A stretch of DNA of 64,000 bases. Origin: an uncultured Verrucomicrobiae bacterium (GTDB lineage Bacteria > Verrucomicrobiota > Verrucomicrobiia > Chthoniobacterales > JAFAMB01). Shown piece after piece: positions 44,751 to 53,849 of this stretch. The notes beneath the pieces were generated by a model that saw only the letters and a list, made by a program, of their open reading frames with translations, searched no databases and had not been told where the DNA came from. The number at the start of each line of letters is the position of its first letter. Position 1 is the first letter of the stretch. Location: NCBI GenBank assembly GCA_963813025.1, contig CAWEXO010000011.1, forward strand, positions 320,001 through 384,000, in the 5' to 3' direction. The translations under genes were made by a program, and so were the position numbers.

Positions 44751-45968
44751 ATGAGTTTTCAAGAGCTTGAGTTGGGAGACATGGTCGTGCACGGCGTACA
44801 ATCCTTGGGTTTTGGCGAACCGACTTCCATCCAGGAGCGCTGTATCCCATTAGTGCTTGAGGGGCGCGATGTGGTCGGCTCGGCCCAGACCGGGACCGGT
44901 AAGACAGCCGCCTTTGGATTGCCAATTCTGACCCGCCTGGGAAGACGATCCTCCTCGGCGCCGCGCTGCCTCGTTTTGGAGCCAACTCGGGAACTGGCGA
45001 TTCAGGTCGAAGCTGCTCTCCAGCTTTATGCGCGCTTCACTCCCGTCGAGCTTGGGGTTTTTTACGGTGGAGTGGGCTATGAGCGGCAGAAAAAGCTGTT
45101 GGCTTTCGGTATTGATATCATCGTTGCGACGCCAGGTCGTTTGCTGGATTTGCAACAGCAAGGGGTTCTTGATCTCAAGAGCATAGAAATTCTAGTGCTC
45201 GACGAAGTGGATCGGATGGTCGACATGGGTTTTTTGCCGGATGTCCGTCGCATTGTGGAGCTTTGTCCGAAAAATCGCCAAACGTTGCTGTTCTCAGCGA
45301 CGATTCCGCCGGAGATCGAGCAACTGTGTTCGTGGGTGCTCAACAAGCCCGAGATAGTCGAAATCGGTGTTAGACGCTCTGTAGCCGAGACTGTGACCCA
45401 CGCTTTCTACCCGGTGGCCGCCGCCCAGAAGTTTGATCTATTGGTGGCGCTCCTCGAGCAAACGCATTACGAAAGCGTTATTGTTTTCACCCGGACCAAG
45501 CAGGTGGCTGATGAGATCTCGGATCGTCTGAAGGCGCTGAAACATTCCGTGACCGTGTTGCACTCAAACAGGAGTCAACGCGAGAGGGAGGACGCGTTGG
45601 ATGGGTTCAAGTCGGGCAAGTTTGAAGTTCTCGTGGCGACCGATATCGCTGCTCGCGGTCTGGACATCACCGCGGTGACGCACGTGATCAACTACGACAT
45701 CCCGCTGCATCCCGAAGATTACGTTCATCGCGTCGGTCGAACGGGACGGGCGGAGCAGGTTGGAGACGCTTTTACATTGGTAATCGCTGAGGAGGCCAAG
45801 GCGATGATTGATATTGAAAGATTTATTGGCCAGAAAGTCCCGCGGATCAGGCTGGAAGGTTTCCCCTATGTCTATACCGCGCTTTTTGACGAGGGTAAGC
45901 GCCCGCTCAAACCGGTGAAAGGTTTTCGGACCAGCCGCGGCTACTCTTTTGGTCGGTACAGCAAATGA
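44751..45968 (+). CDS. DEAD-box RNA helicase (RhlE-like)
   Basis: Q motif, AQTGTGKT, PTRELA, TPGRL, DEVD, SAT, ARGLD, YVHRVGRTGRA. Confidence 0.95.
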   Translation: MSFQELELGDMVVHGVQSLGFGEPTSIQERCIPLVLEGRDVVGSAQTGTGKTAAFGLPILTRLGRRSSSAPRCLVLEPTRELAIQVEAALQLYARFTPVELGVFYGGVGYERQKKLLAFGIDIIVATPGRLLDLQQQGVLDLKSIEILVLDEVDRMVDMGFLPDVRRIVELCPKNRQTLLFSATIPPEIEQLCSWVLNKPEIVEIGVRRSVAETVTHAFYPVAAAQKFDLLVALLEQTHYESVIVFTRTKQVADEISDRLKALKHSVTVLHSNRSQREREDALDGFKSGKFEVLVATDIAARGLDITAVTHVINYDIPLHPEDYVHRVGRTGRAEQVGDAFTLVIAEEAKAMIDIERFIGQKVPRIRLEGFPYVYTALFDEGKRPLKPVKGFRTSRGYSFGRYSK

Positions 45969-46220
45969 CAGCTGAACAGCTGATCAGGTAACAATCAACT
46001 CGAGCGGCGGGAGCGGCTTCAGCGGCGGGAGGTAGCCTTAAGCTCAGAAACTGAAAAACTGGCATGCGCTCGGAGACCGAATAAGCGGGAGGTTTTTTAA
46101 CCTCTGCGATGCCAATCTGTTCAGAAGGCATCAACTGCCCACCTACCTTCCTCCGCTGAAACCGCTCCCGCCGCTCCCGCCGCTCGATTGACTGCTATCT
46201 GATTAGCTGCTCAGCTGTCA
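45966..46220. mobile_element. ~250-bp long-inverted-repeat element, copy 4
   Basis: TGACAGCTGAACAGCTGATCAGGTAAC.. and ..GCTATCTGATTAGCTGCTCAGCTGTCA; core oriented as in copy 2. Confidence 0.8.
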
Positions 46221-46854
46221 GGATGTCGCTTCGCACAAGTTTGGCCACCTTCATCCCAAGCTTGCGGTGTGCCTCCCCGTCCAGATGAATCCCATCCAAA
46301 GAACTGAGGTCGACAACCTTTCCCGCATCAAGGAAATGACAGCCTAAGCGGTTGGCCTGCCATTCGTAACGCGCCGCCAAATTCGTCGACTTTGCGATCG
46401 CGCCTTCAAAAAGCTCGGCCAATACGGTTAGCACCTTGATCGGAGGCGGGCAAATCAACAGCGCTGGCGGGGGTCTACCTTCCGAACCGGCCACCGAACG
46501 CTTGGCGATCCCTACCACTTCGGCCGCTCCCTGAGCGATCTCGAAAGGGGTTGCATCGAACCGACGCTTCAGGTCATTCACTCCGAGAAAAATGATAACC
46601 AGGTCCAGGGGGCGATGTGTCTCCAGCAAGATTGGCAAATGCCGCGAACCGTTCCTGCAGACGGAGACTCCTTCCACCGAATCGTCAAACACCGTCGTCC
46701 GAGCATTTAAACCCTCCTCAATAATCCGGGCATAACCTGTTAACTCCTGCTGAAGAATGCCGGGCCAACGGACGTCCCAATCAAATCGGCCGGCGCCATC
46801 CGGCCGATAACCCCAAGTGTTTGAATCGCCAAAACAGAGAATCGTCTTCATCAC
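46195..46854 (-). CDS. SGNH/GDSL hydrolase (arylesterase-like)
   Basis: CFGDSNTWG, EEGLNARTT, LGVNDLK, DGIHLD. Confidence 0.92.
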   Translation of the reverse strand: MMKTILCFGDSNTWGYRPDGAGRFDWDVRWPGILQQELTGYARIIEEGLNARTTVFDDSVEGVSVCRNGSRHLPILLETHRPLDLVIIFLGVNDLKRRFDATPFEIAQGAAEVVGIAKRSVAGSEGRPPPALLICPPPIKVLTVLAELFEGAIAKSTNLAARYEWQANRLGCHFLDAGKVVDLSSLDGIHLDGEAHRKLGMKVAKLVRSDILTAEQLIR

Positions 46855-46898
46855 GCATTCAGCTCGACCGTCGATTTAATACCTGGTCGTAGGGTCGA

Positions 46899-47165
46899 TC
46901 AAGAATCTCCACAGGCGAAAGAGCGACTTGATTGAGCCACGACGAATAGGTCGGCGTATAATGAATGCGCACCTGAGTAATGACGAGCCAGAAAATCGCA
47001 GACTGTTTTGGTTTTATGCGCGCTCAAGTTATCGCAGATGTGAATGGACCGCTCTGGAGCCTGGCGAGCCAACCAGATCTTCCAAAAAGGCGACGAACTC
47101 CGCACTGTTGTGGCGAGCGCCGGTGTGGCCGATTACCTCACCGCTCCCGGAATCAAGGGCTGCAA
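46899..47165 (-). pseudogene. IS630 transposase remnant (frameshifted fragment of the DDE domain)
   Basis: AALDSGSGEVIGHTGARHNSAEFVAFL, ICDNLSAHKT and HYTPTYSSWLNQ in three different frames. Confidence 0.8.
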
Positions 47166-47423
47166 GTCGGACTCGCCAAACGGGTTGTCTGCAACGACAT
47201 AAACGATGAGATCTTCCGGACTGTCGTTGATAAGCTGATGGGGTTGGTCCGGCGAGAAGATGAATGCGTCGCCAGATTCGACCGACGTTGTTCCGTCCTG
47301 ATGTCGCACGACGCCCCCGCCTGAGATCACATGATAGAATTCCCATTGCACACAGTGCGAATGATAAGGATAGGGAGTTTTTCCGGGCGGAATGCGCAAG
47401 ATCTCTACGTCGGTCTTTCTCAT
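47166..47423 (-). pseudogene. Cupin-domain protein fragment fused to the IS630 remnant
   Basis: IPPGKTPYPYHSH..QWEFYHVISG..GDAFIFSPDQPHQLIN..VADNP; runs straight into transposase-derived sequence. Confidence 0.7.
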
Positions 47424-48280
47424 TGCACCGCGACCGAGGCAGTTTGACCGATGCGCAAAGGGACCGGCGGTTCCTCCGTGATGTCCACCCTTACCGGGAA
47501 TCGTTCTGGGAGCCTTACCCAATCTACCGTTTGGCTGACCGACGGCAGCAGCCCGCTGCTGGTTCCTCCACTACCATCCGCGATAAAAATTCCCCAAGCA
47601 ACACTGTTGATCTTCCCGCCAAACGGATTGGCTGGGTAACCCATCAACGTGATTTTGACCGGGCGGCTTGGTTTAATCGCCGGCAACTGCGTCTCCTTGA
47701 AGTACGCCGCGACCCAGAACGAGTGGCGATCCACGAGCGCAAGCAGCTGTTGGCCCGCCGGAACATAGGCTCCCTGGCTCGTGTTAACGTTCGTAAGGTA
47801 GCCATCTACCGGCGCGTAAATCCGGGTGTAATCCAGGTTCAATTGCGCTGTTTGCCGGTTCGCTTCGGCGCTTTTCAGTTGAGCCTCGGCAGTCGCGAAC
47901 GCGTTCTGCGCATTCTGGAATTCCTCCTTCGAAGTGACGTTGCGTTTGAACAGATCAGTCTGCCGATCGAGGTCTTGCCGCTTCTGCAAAAGATTTGTCT
48001 GGGCGCTGGCTACCTGGCCGGCCGCGGAGGCCAGCGCCGCCTTGTAACCGGCCGGATCAATTTCAAAAAGTAGGTCGCCTTGCTTCACTTCCTGATTGTC
48101 GCGCACCAGGATCTTGATCACCGGACCCGCTACACGGGGCGCGATACCGATCACGTTCGCGCGGACCTGCGCGTCACGGGTCCAGGGAGTGGATGTATAC
48201 TTGCCATACAACAGCCAAGCGGTTGCCGTCGCGACAATCACCATCACGAAAGTCAGGAGGTATTTAAAGACCGTCTTCAT
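47420..48280 (-). CDS. HlyD-family membrane fusion protein (AaeA-like)
   Basis: PWTRDAQVRANV.GIAPRVAG..DNQEVKQGDLLFEIDP; DWVRLPERFPVRV. Confidence 0.92.
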   Translation of the reverse strand: MKTVFKYLLTFVMVIVATATAWLLYGKYTSTPWTRDAQVRANVIGIAPRVAGPVIKILVRDNQEVKQGDLLFEIDPAGYKAALASAAGQVASAQTNLLQKRQDLDRQTDLFKRNVTSKEEFQNAQNAFATAEAQLKSAEANRQTAQLNLDYTRIYAPVDGYLTNVNTSQGAYVPAGQQLLALVDRHSFWVAAYFKETQLPAIKPSRPVKITLMGYPANPFGGKINSVAWGIFIADGSGGTSSGLLPSVSQTVDWVRLPERFPVRVDITEEPPVPLRIGQTASVAVQ

Positions 48281-48498
48281 GGCGCGAGCAAAATGCCGAC
48301 CAGGCTGCTGAACGCGACAACCAACGCAGTAAAAAACAAGGGCAAATGCCAGACATACCGCGTGACACCGATCCGTTCCAGGATGCTCGAGCAGAGCCAG
48401 GCCAAAACGAATCCGATGACGATGATACCCATCGACCAGGGCATGTGAAAATCGTACAAGTGCAGCTCGGGCGTACGAAGAAAAGCCAGCGGATCCAT
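48277..48498 (-). CDS. DUF1656/AaeX-like small membrane protein
   Basis: 73 aa, two hydrophobic helices, RYVWHLPLF; overlaps the HlyD start. Confidence 0.8.
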   Translation of the reverse strand: MDPLAFLRTPELHLYDFHMPWSMGIIVIGFVLAWLCSSILERIGVTRYVWHLPLFFTALVVAFSSLVGILLAP

Positions 48499-48697
48499 TA
48501 GCGAGGCCGCGCCTCAGGCTGAGGACATTTAGGTGTTAAGTATGGCGCTGGACGCTGGTGCTCCCTGGTCCAGCGGCTTCGCTGTAGAGAGTCTTTGAAG
48601 AGAGAAGAATGCAATACCTGAATAAGAGAGGCGTCTGACAACACTTGATTCATCCGCATCAGCTTCCGGCGCTTAAGGACTCTTGAGAAACTGAGTT

Positions 48698-51001
48698 GTG
48701 AGGTTGTCATTGGAGGATCTGCGTTGCAAGCCGCGAGTTCCTCTTGTTAGTCGTCTAAGCGTGGCAAACGCGGCGGTGATCCCCGGAACTCGGCTCCGGT
48801 TCATTGGCCAGGTTGGCCGTGGATTGGCCGAGGTACTGTCCGATCAAGGCGTCCGGCATGGAATACGGCTTGGTCTGGCTGGCGTTCTTGGTCTTTACCT
48901 GGCGCTGCTCATGCGATTGGAACATCCCCTCTGGGCGCTCTTCACCGTCATCGTCTTGATGCAGGGCCAATATGTCGGCGCGATCGCGCCGCGGGCGATC
49001 GCGCGCGTCGTCGGGACGGTGCTCGGGGGAGCTATCGGCACGCTGCTGCTGGGCAATTGGGAGCAGAACCCAGTGCTCTTCCTGACCACTTATTTTCTTC
49101 TGATCCTCGTCTGCATGTACCTTTACGGAGGATCAATTTTTCCATATGCTTTTTTCCTTTCCGCCAATGCTCTCACCTCGGTGTGCGGCAACGGATTGAA
49201 TGAGCCGGCCAACGCCTGGAGCGTTGGTTTGGCCCGAGTCCTTGAGATCCTGGTTGGAGCGATCGCGGTGGGGATTGTTTCCAATCTCGTCTTTCCTCGC
49301 TTCGCCCGAAAAGAGTTTCGCACGCTTGCCCGCCAGACTTTGCAGACTGCGGCAGAGCTCATAACGCTTCACGAACAACACCTTTTCGTCGGGCAGGACA
49401 AACACCTGCCGGCGCGCCATCTGGCAAACCAGTTTCGCGAGCAAACGGCTCAGCTCAGTCAGCTGCTCGCGCTTGGGGCAAAAGAGAGCGCGCGCTTCCA
49501 CGTGCGACAGCCCACGTACGAGCGCGCGATCATTTCCATGAATCGGTTGCTCCAGACAATGTTCGATTTATTCGAGACGCAGCCAACCCGGCCACGGTAT
49601 CTTGCGGAAATCGGCGAACAGCTCGCCCCGGTGTATCGGACTCTGGAAACGATCCTCAGGGAAGCCTCAACCAGCTCATCTTTCACCGCGGAACATGCCG
49701 GTGAGCTCACGCCAAACATGGAAGCGCTGGAAGCACGGTTTGTCTGGCTCCATGCGCATCGGGTTGCTGCCGGATACTCTCTGGAAGAGGTGCTGGAACT
49801 GGCCAGCGAATATCAGGCGCTGCATGACCTGGCTCAGGAAGTGAAGCTGACGGGTGAACTTCTCGTTTCGTTGCCAATGCCGGGCGACCCGCCTGCGCGG
49901 GACCAGCAAAGACTCTTCCGCCCCGGAGTCGATCTTTCCCGGCTGCGCGATGCTCTCCGTCCGGCCTTCGCCTCGACCGCCGCCATTTTTCTCTGCAACT
50001 GGATCCATCCGCCTGGCGAAACCAGTATTCCGCTCCTGACCTTTGTCTTGAGTGCCACCTCGAAAAGCACGATTACCGGGCGGGGAAACCGCGGAGTAAT
50101 CCAGCAATCGGTTTGGATCGCGTTAGGAGGCCTGATCTATCTTTTTGCGATGTTCCTCCTCACACCTCTGCTTGCCAATTACGCGGTCATGAACACGCTG
50201 CTTTTCGTTGCGCTTTTTCTATTCGGTTTGTTGACGTCCGGACAACGCGGACTAAGCCTTTCGCAAAATGCTATCCAGATTTTTATCGTATCCGCGGTTG
50301 GCCTGAATGCCCAACGGCCTGTTCCCGTCGCCACCGTCATCGACTCCTACCTCGGGTTGATTGTTCCCCTGTTTTTTGTCGCCTGGGTTCTCCGGATGTT
50401 TTGGCCGATCCTTCCTGAGGTCCAGCTACGAAATTTATTGACCGAATTTTTTACGACCTGCACTCAGCTGATCAAGGCCGGCCCGGGCATCGGAGAAACG
50501 CCGGCTGCGCCCCGGCTGAACCTGATTCCGCTCGAAGCGATCAAATGGATCCACGGCCTGCGCAGCGCGGTTTGCCCGGCAGAAGAAGTCCAGAAGCTTC
50601 TGGATCTCTCCGTCACGCTGCGTGAGTTGGCGCTTCATGTCACCGGGCGGGCTAAACTTCATGCGCCGAGTCTGCCTGCGAATCTGGCGACACTTCTGGA
50701 TCCTTCCGTCGCGCAGCTCAGAAAAGAGCTGGAAGCAGCCAGCAAGCGTTGCGGAAGAGTTTTCCGGGAAAGGCGCAGAACTACGGAAGCATCCAACCTG
50801 GCCGAAGCCCGCCGGCAGTTCCTCGACGCAGTTTCCGCAATCCGCGGCCAGGGCCTGGTCCAACAACTTGCGCCGGTCCAGCTCCTCGAGTTTTACGCAC
50901 TGGTTCGTCATGCTGAATTGATGATCCGTCGCCTCATCCGGGCCGAAGCGCAGCTCAATCACCTCGAATTGGAGCGCTACTGGGGAGACTACGCGCTGTA
51001 A
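48698..51001 (+). CDS. FUSC family inner membrane protein (AaeB-like); start uncertain
   Basis: LEHPLWALFTV..YVGA..RVVGT.LG, AR.LEILVG, second TM block ending MFWP. Confidence 0.82.
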   Translation: MRLSLEDLRCKPRVPLVSRLSVANAAVIPGTRLRFIGQVGRGLAEVLSDQGVRHGIRLGLAGVLGLYLALLMRLEHPLWALFTVIVLMQGQYVGAIAPRAIARVVGTVLGGAIGTLLLGNWEQNPVLFLTTYFLLILVCMYLYGGSIFPYAFFLSANALTSVCGNGLNEPANAWSVGLARVLEILVGAIAVGIVSNLVFPRFARKEFRTLARQTLQTAAELITLHEQHLFVGQDKHLPARHLANQFREQTAQLSQLLALGAKESARFHVRQPTYERAIISMNRLLQTMFDLFETQPTRPRYLAEIGEQLAPVYRTLETILREASTSSSFTAEHAGELTPNMEALEARFVWLHAHRVAAGYSLEEVLELASEYQALHDLAQEVKLTGELLVSLPMPGDPPARDQQRLFRPGVDLSRLRDALRPAFASTAAIFLCNWIHPPGETSIPLLTFVLSATSKSTITGRGNRGVIQQSVWIALGGLIYLFAMFLLTPLLANYAVMNTLLFVALFLFGLLTSGQRGLSLSQNAIQIFIVSAVGLNAQRPVPVATVIDSYLGLIVPLFFVAWVLRMFWPILPEVQLRNLLTEFFTTCTQLIKAGPGIGETPAAPRLNLIPLEAIKWIHGLRSAVCPAEEVQKLLDLSVTLRELALHVTGRAKLHAPSLPANLATLLDPSVAQLRKELEAASKRCGRVFRERRRTTEASNLAEARRQFLDAVSAIRGQGLVQQLAPVQLLEFYALVRHAELMIRRLIRAEAQLNHLELERYWGDYAL

Positions 51002-51050
51002 AAAAAAAATGGCGGAAAAGAGAGCGCTTGTCCGGCAACATCCGGGGCCG

Positions 51051-51124
51051 ATAGGGTCAAGCTCCTGCTTGACCATTTGAGCACGAGCCGCCTTGCGATT
51101 CGGACGAGCAGGAGCCATCCCTAC
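51051..51124. repeat. REP doublet (GTAG family) between the convergent FUSC and purC genes
   Basis: ATAG-GGTCAAGC-TCCT-GCTTGACC (+, 51051-51074) and GTAG-GGATGGC-TCCT-GCTCGTCC (-, 51102-51124). Confidence 0.6.
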
Positions 51125-51179
51125 CGCAACCGTGGTTGACGCCATTCCAAAAGCGGCTCGGATTAAAGAGATTGTCCAG

Positions 51180-52055
51180 CTAGCCTTTAGTCAACCGTTC
51201 AAGCGCCTCCTGATACTTAATTGACATTTGCGCGATGATTTCCGGAGCCAGATTGGGTGCTGGCGGTTGTTTATTCCAGCCAAGTTCTTCCAGATAATCG
51301 CGGACAAACTGTTTATCAAAACTCACCGGACTCACGCCGGGATGATATTCGTCCGCTGACCAGAACCGGGAAGAATCCGGTGTCAAACATTCATCGATCA
51401 GGAGAAGCGTCTTATCCACCAGACCAAACTCAAACTTTGTGTCCGCGATGATTATACCGCGCTGCGCCGCATGTACGCTTCCATCGGCGTATAAGGCCAT
51501 GCTGAGATCGCGCAGCTGCCTGGCCTGATCTTCTGGAACAATCTCGAGGCATTGCTCCCAGGACAGGTTCTGGTCATGCCCGGTCCCTGCCTTGCTGGCA
51601 GGCGTAAAGATTGGGCTCGGCAGCTGAGCCGCGAGCTCGAGCCCGGGCGGAAGCTTGATACCGCACACTTCCCCAGTCTGTTGATACTCCACCCAGCTCG
51701 AGCCTGCGAGATAACTCCGAACAACACACTCAATTGGATACGGCTCGGCTTTGCGAACCAGCATGGATCTGCCCCGGAGCTGATCCGCAAACGGCTTCAG
51801 TTTGGCTGGAAATTCTTCCACGGCATCGGTCACGAAATGGCTGGGAAAATCGGCGAACTTCCTGAACCAGAAAGCGGAAAGTTGATTCAAGACTTCCCCT
51901 TTTCCCGGAATGGGGTCGGGTAGAATGCAGTCAAAGGCCGAGATGCGATCCGTCGCGACCATGAGATAGAACTCTCCCACGTCGAAAAGCTCCCGGACCT
52001 TCCCGGTCTGAACCTTTCTGATACCAGGCAAATCAATACTGGAAACCGCACTCAT
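51180..52055 (-). CDS. purC: Phosphoribosylaminoimidazole-succinocarboxamide synthase
   Basis: GKVRE, ATDRISAFD, PIECVVR, IADTKFEFG, LTPDSSRFW, DKQFVRD. Confidence 0.97.
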   Translation of the reverse strand: MSAVSSIDLPGIRKVQTGKVRELFDVGEFYLMVATDRISAFDCILPDPIPGKGEVLNQLSAFWFRKFADFPSHFVTDAVEEFPAKLKPFADQLRGRSMLVRKAEPYPIECVVRSYLAGSSWVEYQQTGEVCGIKLPPGLELAAQLPSPIFTPASKAGTGHDQNLSWEQCLEIVPEDQARQLRDLSMALYADGSVHAAQRGIIIADTKFEFGLVDKTLLLIDECLTPDSSRFWSADEYHPGVSPVSFDKQFVRDYLEELGWNKQPPAPNLAPEIIAQMSIKYQEALERLTKG

Positions 52056-52477
52056 GGGAGATGTCGCAAGAGCTGCTGAACGTTTTCTTCAATCGCCGGT
52101 AAGGCGATCTCCGGATCGGTCTCGAGCACATCCGGGACCGACCAGTATTCAATCCTATTCGCCCATTCGGGAAACTGTTGCTGCATCATTGGAAAGTGCT
52201 CTTGTCGATCGAGGGCGATCTGGACGGCGGAGTTTTCCAGATCGTCAACGGTCAGCTGCACACGACCTTTGCCAGTGTGGCTGAGATCGATCTGCCGCGA
52301 CTCCAAGGCGTCCACAGTCAAAGGCGAAAGATAACCTTCCGCCCAATGAATCGCTAAACCGCGAGAAAAAGCTCTCCAATCGATCCCCTTTTTTTTCGTG
52401 GCATGATTGAAAATCGCTTCGGCGAAACGGCTTCGATAAAAATTTCCCGTGCAAATGAACAAGACCCGTTTCGTCAC
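52052..52477 (-). CDS. Low molecular weight protein-tyrosine phosphatase family protein
   Basis: VLFICTGNFYRS P-loop (CX5R), WSVPD; likely GTG start at 52477. Confidence 0.88.
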   Translation of the reverse strand: MTKRVLFICTGNFYRSRFAEAIFNHATKKKGIDWRAFSRGLAIHWAEGYLSPLTVDALESRQIDLSHTGKGRVQLTVDDLENSAVQIALDRQEHFPMMQQQFPEWANRIEYWSVPDVLETDPEIALPAIEENVQQLLRHLP

Positions 52478-52515
52478 GCCTCCGCCAATACTGCCAGAAC
52501 AAGCCACGTTCAAGC

Positions 52516-52796
52516 ATTTCACGTTTCGCGTTTCGCGATCAGATCCACAACTCCGATGGCAAGCACCTCGCGGTTCAAGGCAGCTCGCGAAGGGCTCGGA
52601 GTGTCGCCACCTTTAGATCGCGCGGAGCGCGGCCAAGAACGAGTAGCCGAGCGACGCAGCGCCGGGTTCCAAGGCGAAAGACCCGCTTTCCTGGGGGCAG
52701 CCGTTCCTCTTCGCTGTCGCGGACTCGGCTACGGCGGACAGGTCGGATGGTCAGAAAACGGGCAAGTCGCATACACAAAACACGAAACGTGAAACG
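52516..52796. repeat. Inverted GTTTCRC heptamer arrays around a ~235-bp core with an internal GTAG inverted repeat
   Basis: atttcac gtttcgc gtttcgc (52516-52537) and cacgaaac gtgaaacg (52781-52796); GTAGCCGAG..CTCGGCTAC inside. Confidence 0.6.
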
Positions 52797-52852
52797 TCCC
52801 GTTGGACGTTCAGAGCTCAACGCTCCACCTTGTTTCCATGCTCAACGTCAGC

Positions 52853-53806
52853 ATGCAACTTCCGAAAATTGCCGGTTTTGATCTGGACCGGATTATGGTC
52901 CCTCCCGATGGGAAAATTAATTTTCCGAAGGATTTTGACCCGGGTTATCGCGGAGATTTCAAAGACAAAGCATGCGCCGAACTCGAGCTCCAAAATGATG
53001 TCCAGCAGCTCGCTGAGCTGCAGCCTATTCTTTATGCGAATGACACCTATTCGCTCTTGTTAATTTTTCAGGCGCTCGATGCCGCGGGAAAAGACGGCAC
53101 AATCAAGCATGTCATGACCGGGGTGAATCCGCAGGGATGTGAAGTGACCAGTTTCAAGACACCGTCATCGGAGGAACTGGATCACGATTACCTTTGGCGC
53201 GCGCAACGGCGCATGCCGTCGCGAGGACGCATTGGAATTTTTAACCGCTCTTACTATGAAGAGGTGCTCGTCGTCCGGGTACACCCCGAGATCTGCACAA
53301 AAGAGCGCCTTCCAGATCATCAGTCTGGTCAGTCCCTCTGGAAACAACGGTTTCGGGAGATCAACAATTACGAAAGATATCTCACCGACAATGGCCTGAT
53401 CATTTTGAAGTTCTTTCTCAATGTATCCCGCAAAGAACAAAAGAAGAGATTCCTCAAGCGCATTGAGGAAAAGGAAAAGAACTGGAAGTTCTCCGCCGCC
53501 GACGTCCGCGAACGGCGGTTCTGGCCGCAGTACATCGATGCCTACGCTGAGGCATTCAACAAAACGAGCACTGCGTGGGCTCCCTGGTTCATTGTGCCGG
53601 CCGATCACAAATGGTTTACTCGCCTTTGTGTGGCGCGAATCATCGTGGCCACACTGCATTCGCTAAAGCTTGCTTACCCGAAAGTGCCGCCCGCGGTCGC
53701 GGCAGACCTCGAGAAAGCCAAGCAAGAGCTCCTCGATGAGAAAAAACGGAAAAGATCGCGGATGACCATGGTACCGAATGAAAAAGCAAGAACCGGAGTT
53801 CGGTAA
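52853..53806 (+). CDS. Polyphosphate kinase 2 family protein
   Basis: QALDAAGKDGTIKHV, GVNPQG, ELDHDYLWR, FNRSYYEEVL, KNWKFS..D, PADHKW. Confidence 0.94.
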   Translation: MQLPKIAGFDLDRIMVPPDGKINFPKDFDPGYRGDFKDKACAELELQNDVQQLAELQPILYANDTYSLLLIFQALDAAGKDGTIKHVMTGVNPQGCEVTSFKTPSSEELDHDYLWRAQRRMPSRGRIGIFNRSYYEEVLVVRVHPEICTKERLPDHQSGQSLWKQRFREINNYERYLTDNGLIILKFFLNVSRKEQKKRFLKRIEEKEKNWKFSAADVRERRFWPQYIDAYAEAFNKTSTAWAPWFIVPADHKWFTRLCVARIIVATLHSLKLAYPKVPPAVAADLEKAKQELLDEKKRKRSRMTMVPNEKARTGVR

Positions 53807-53849
53807 GGAAGTGAACCGCATAGGGTCCTCTCAGAAACCAAACCACTCT

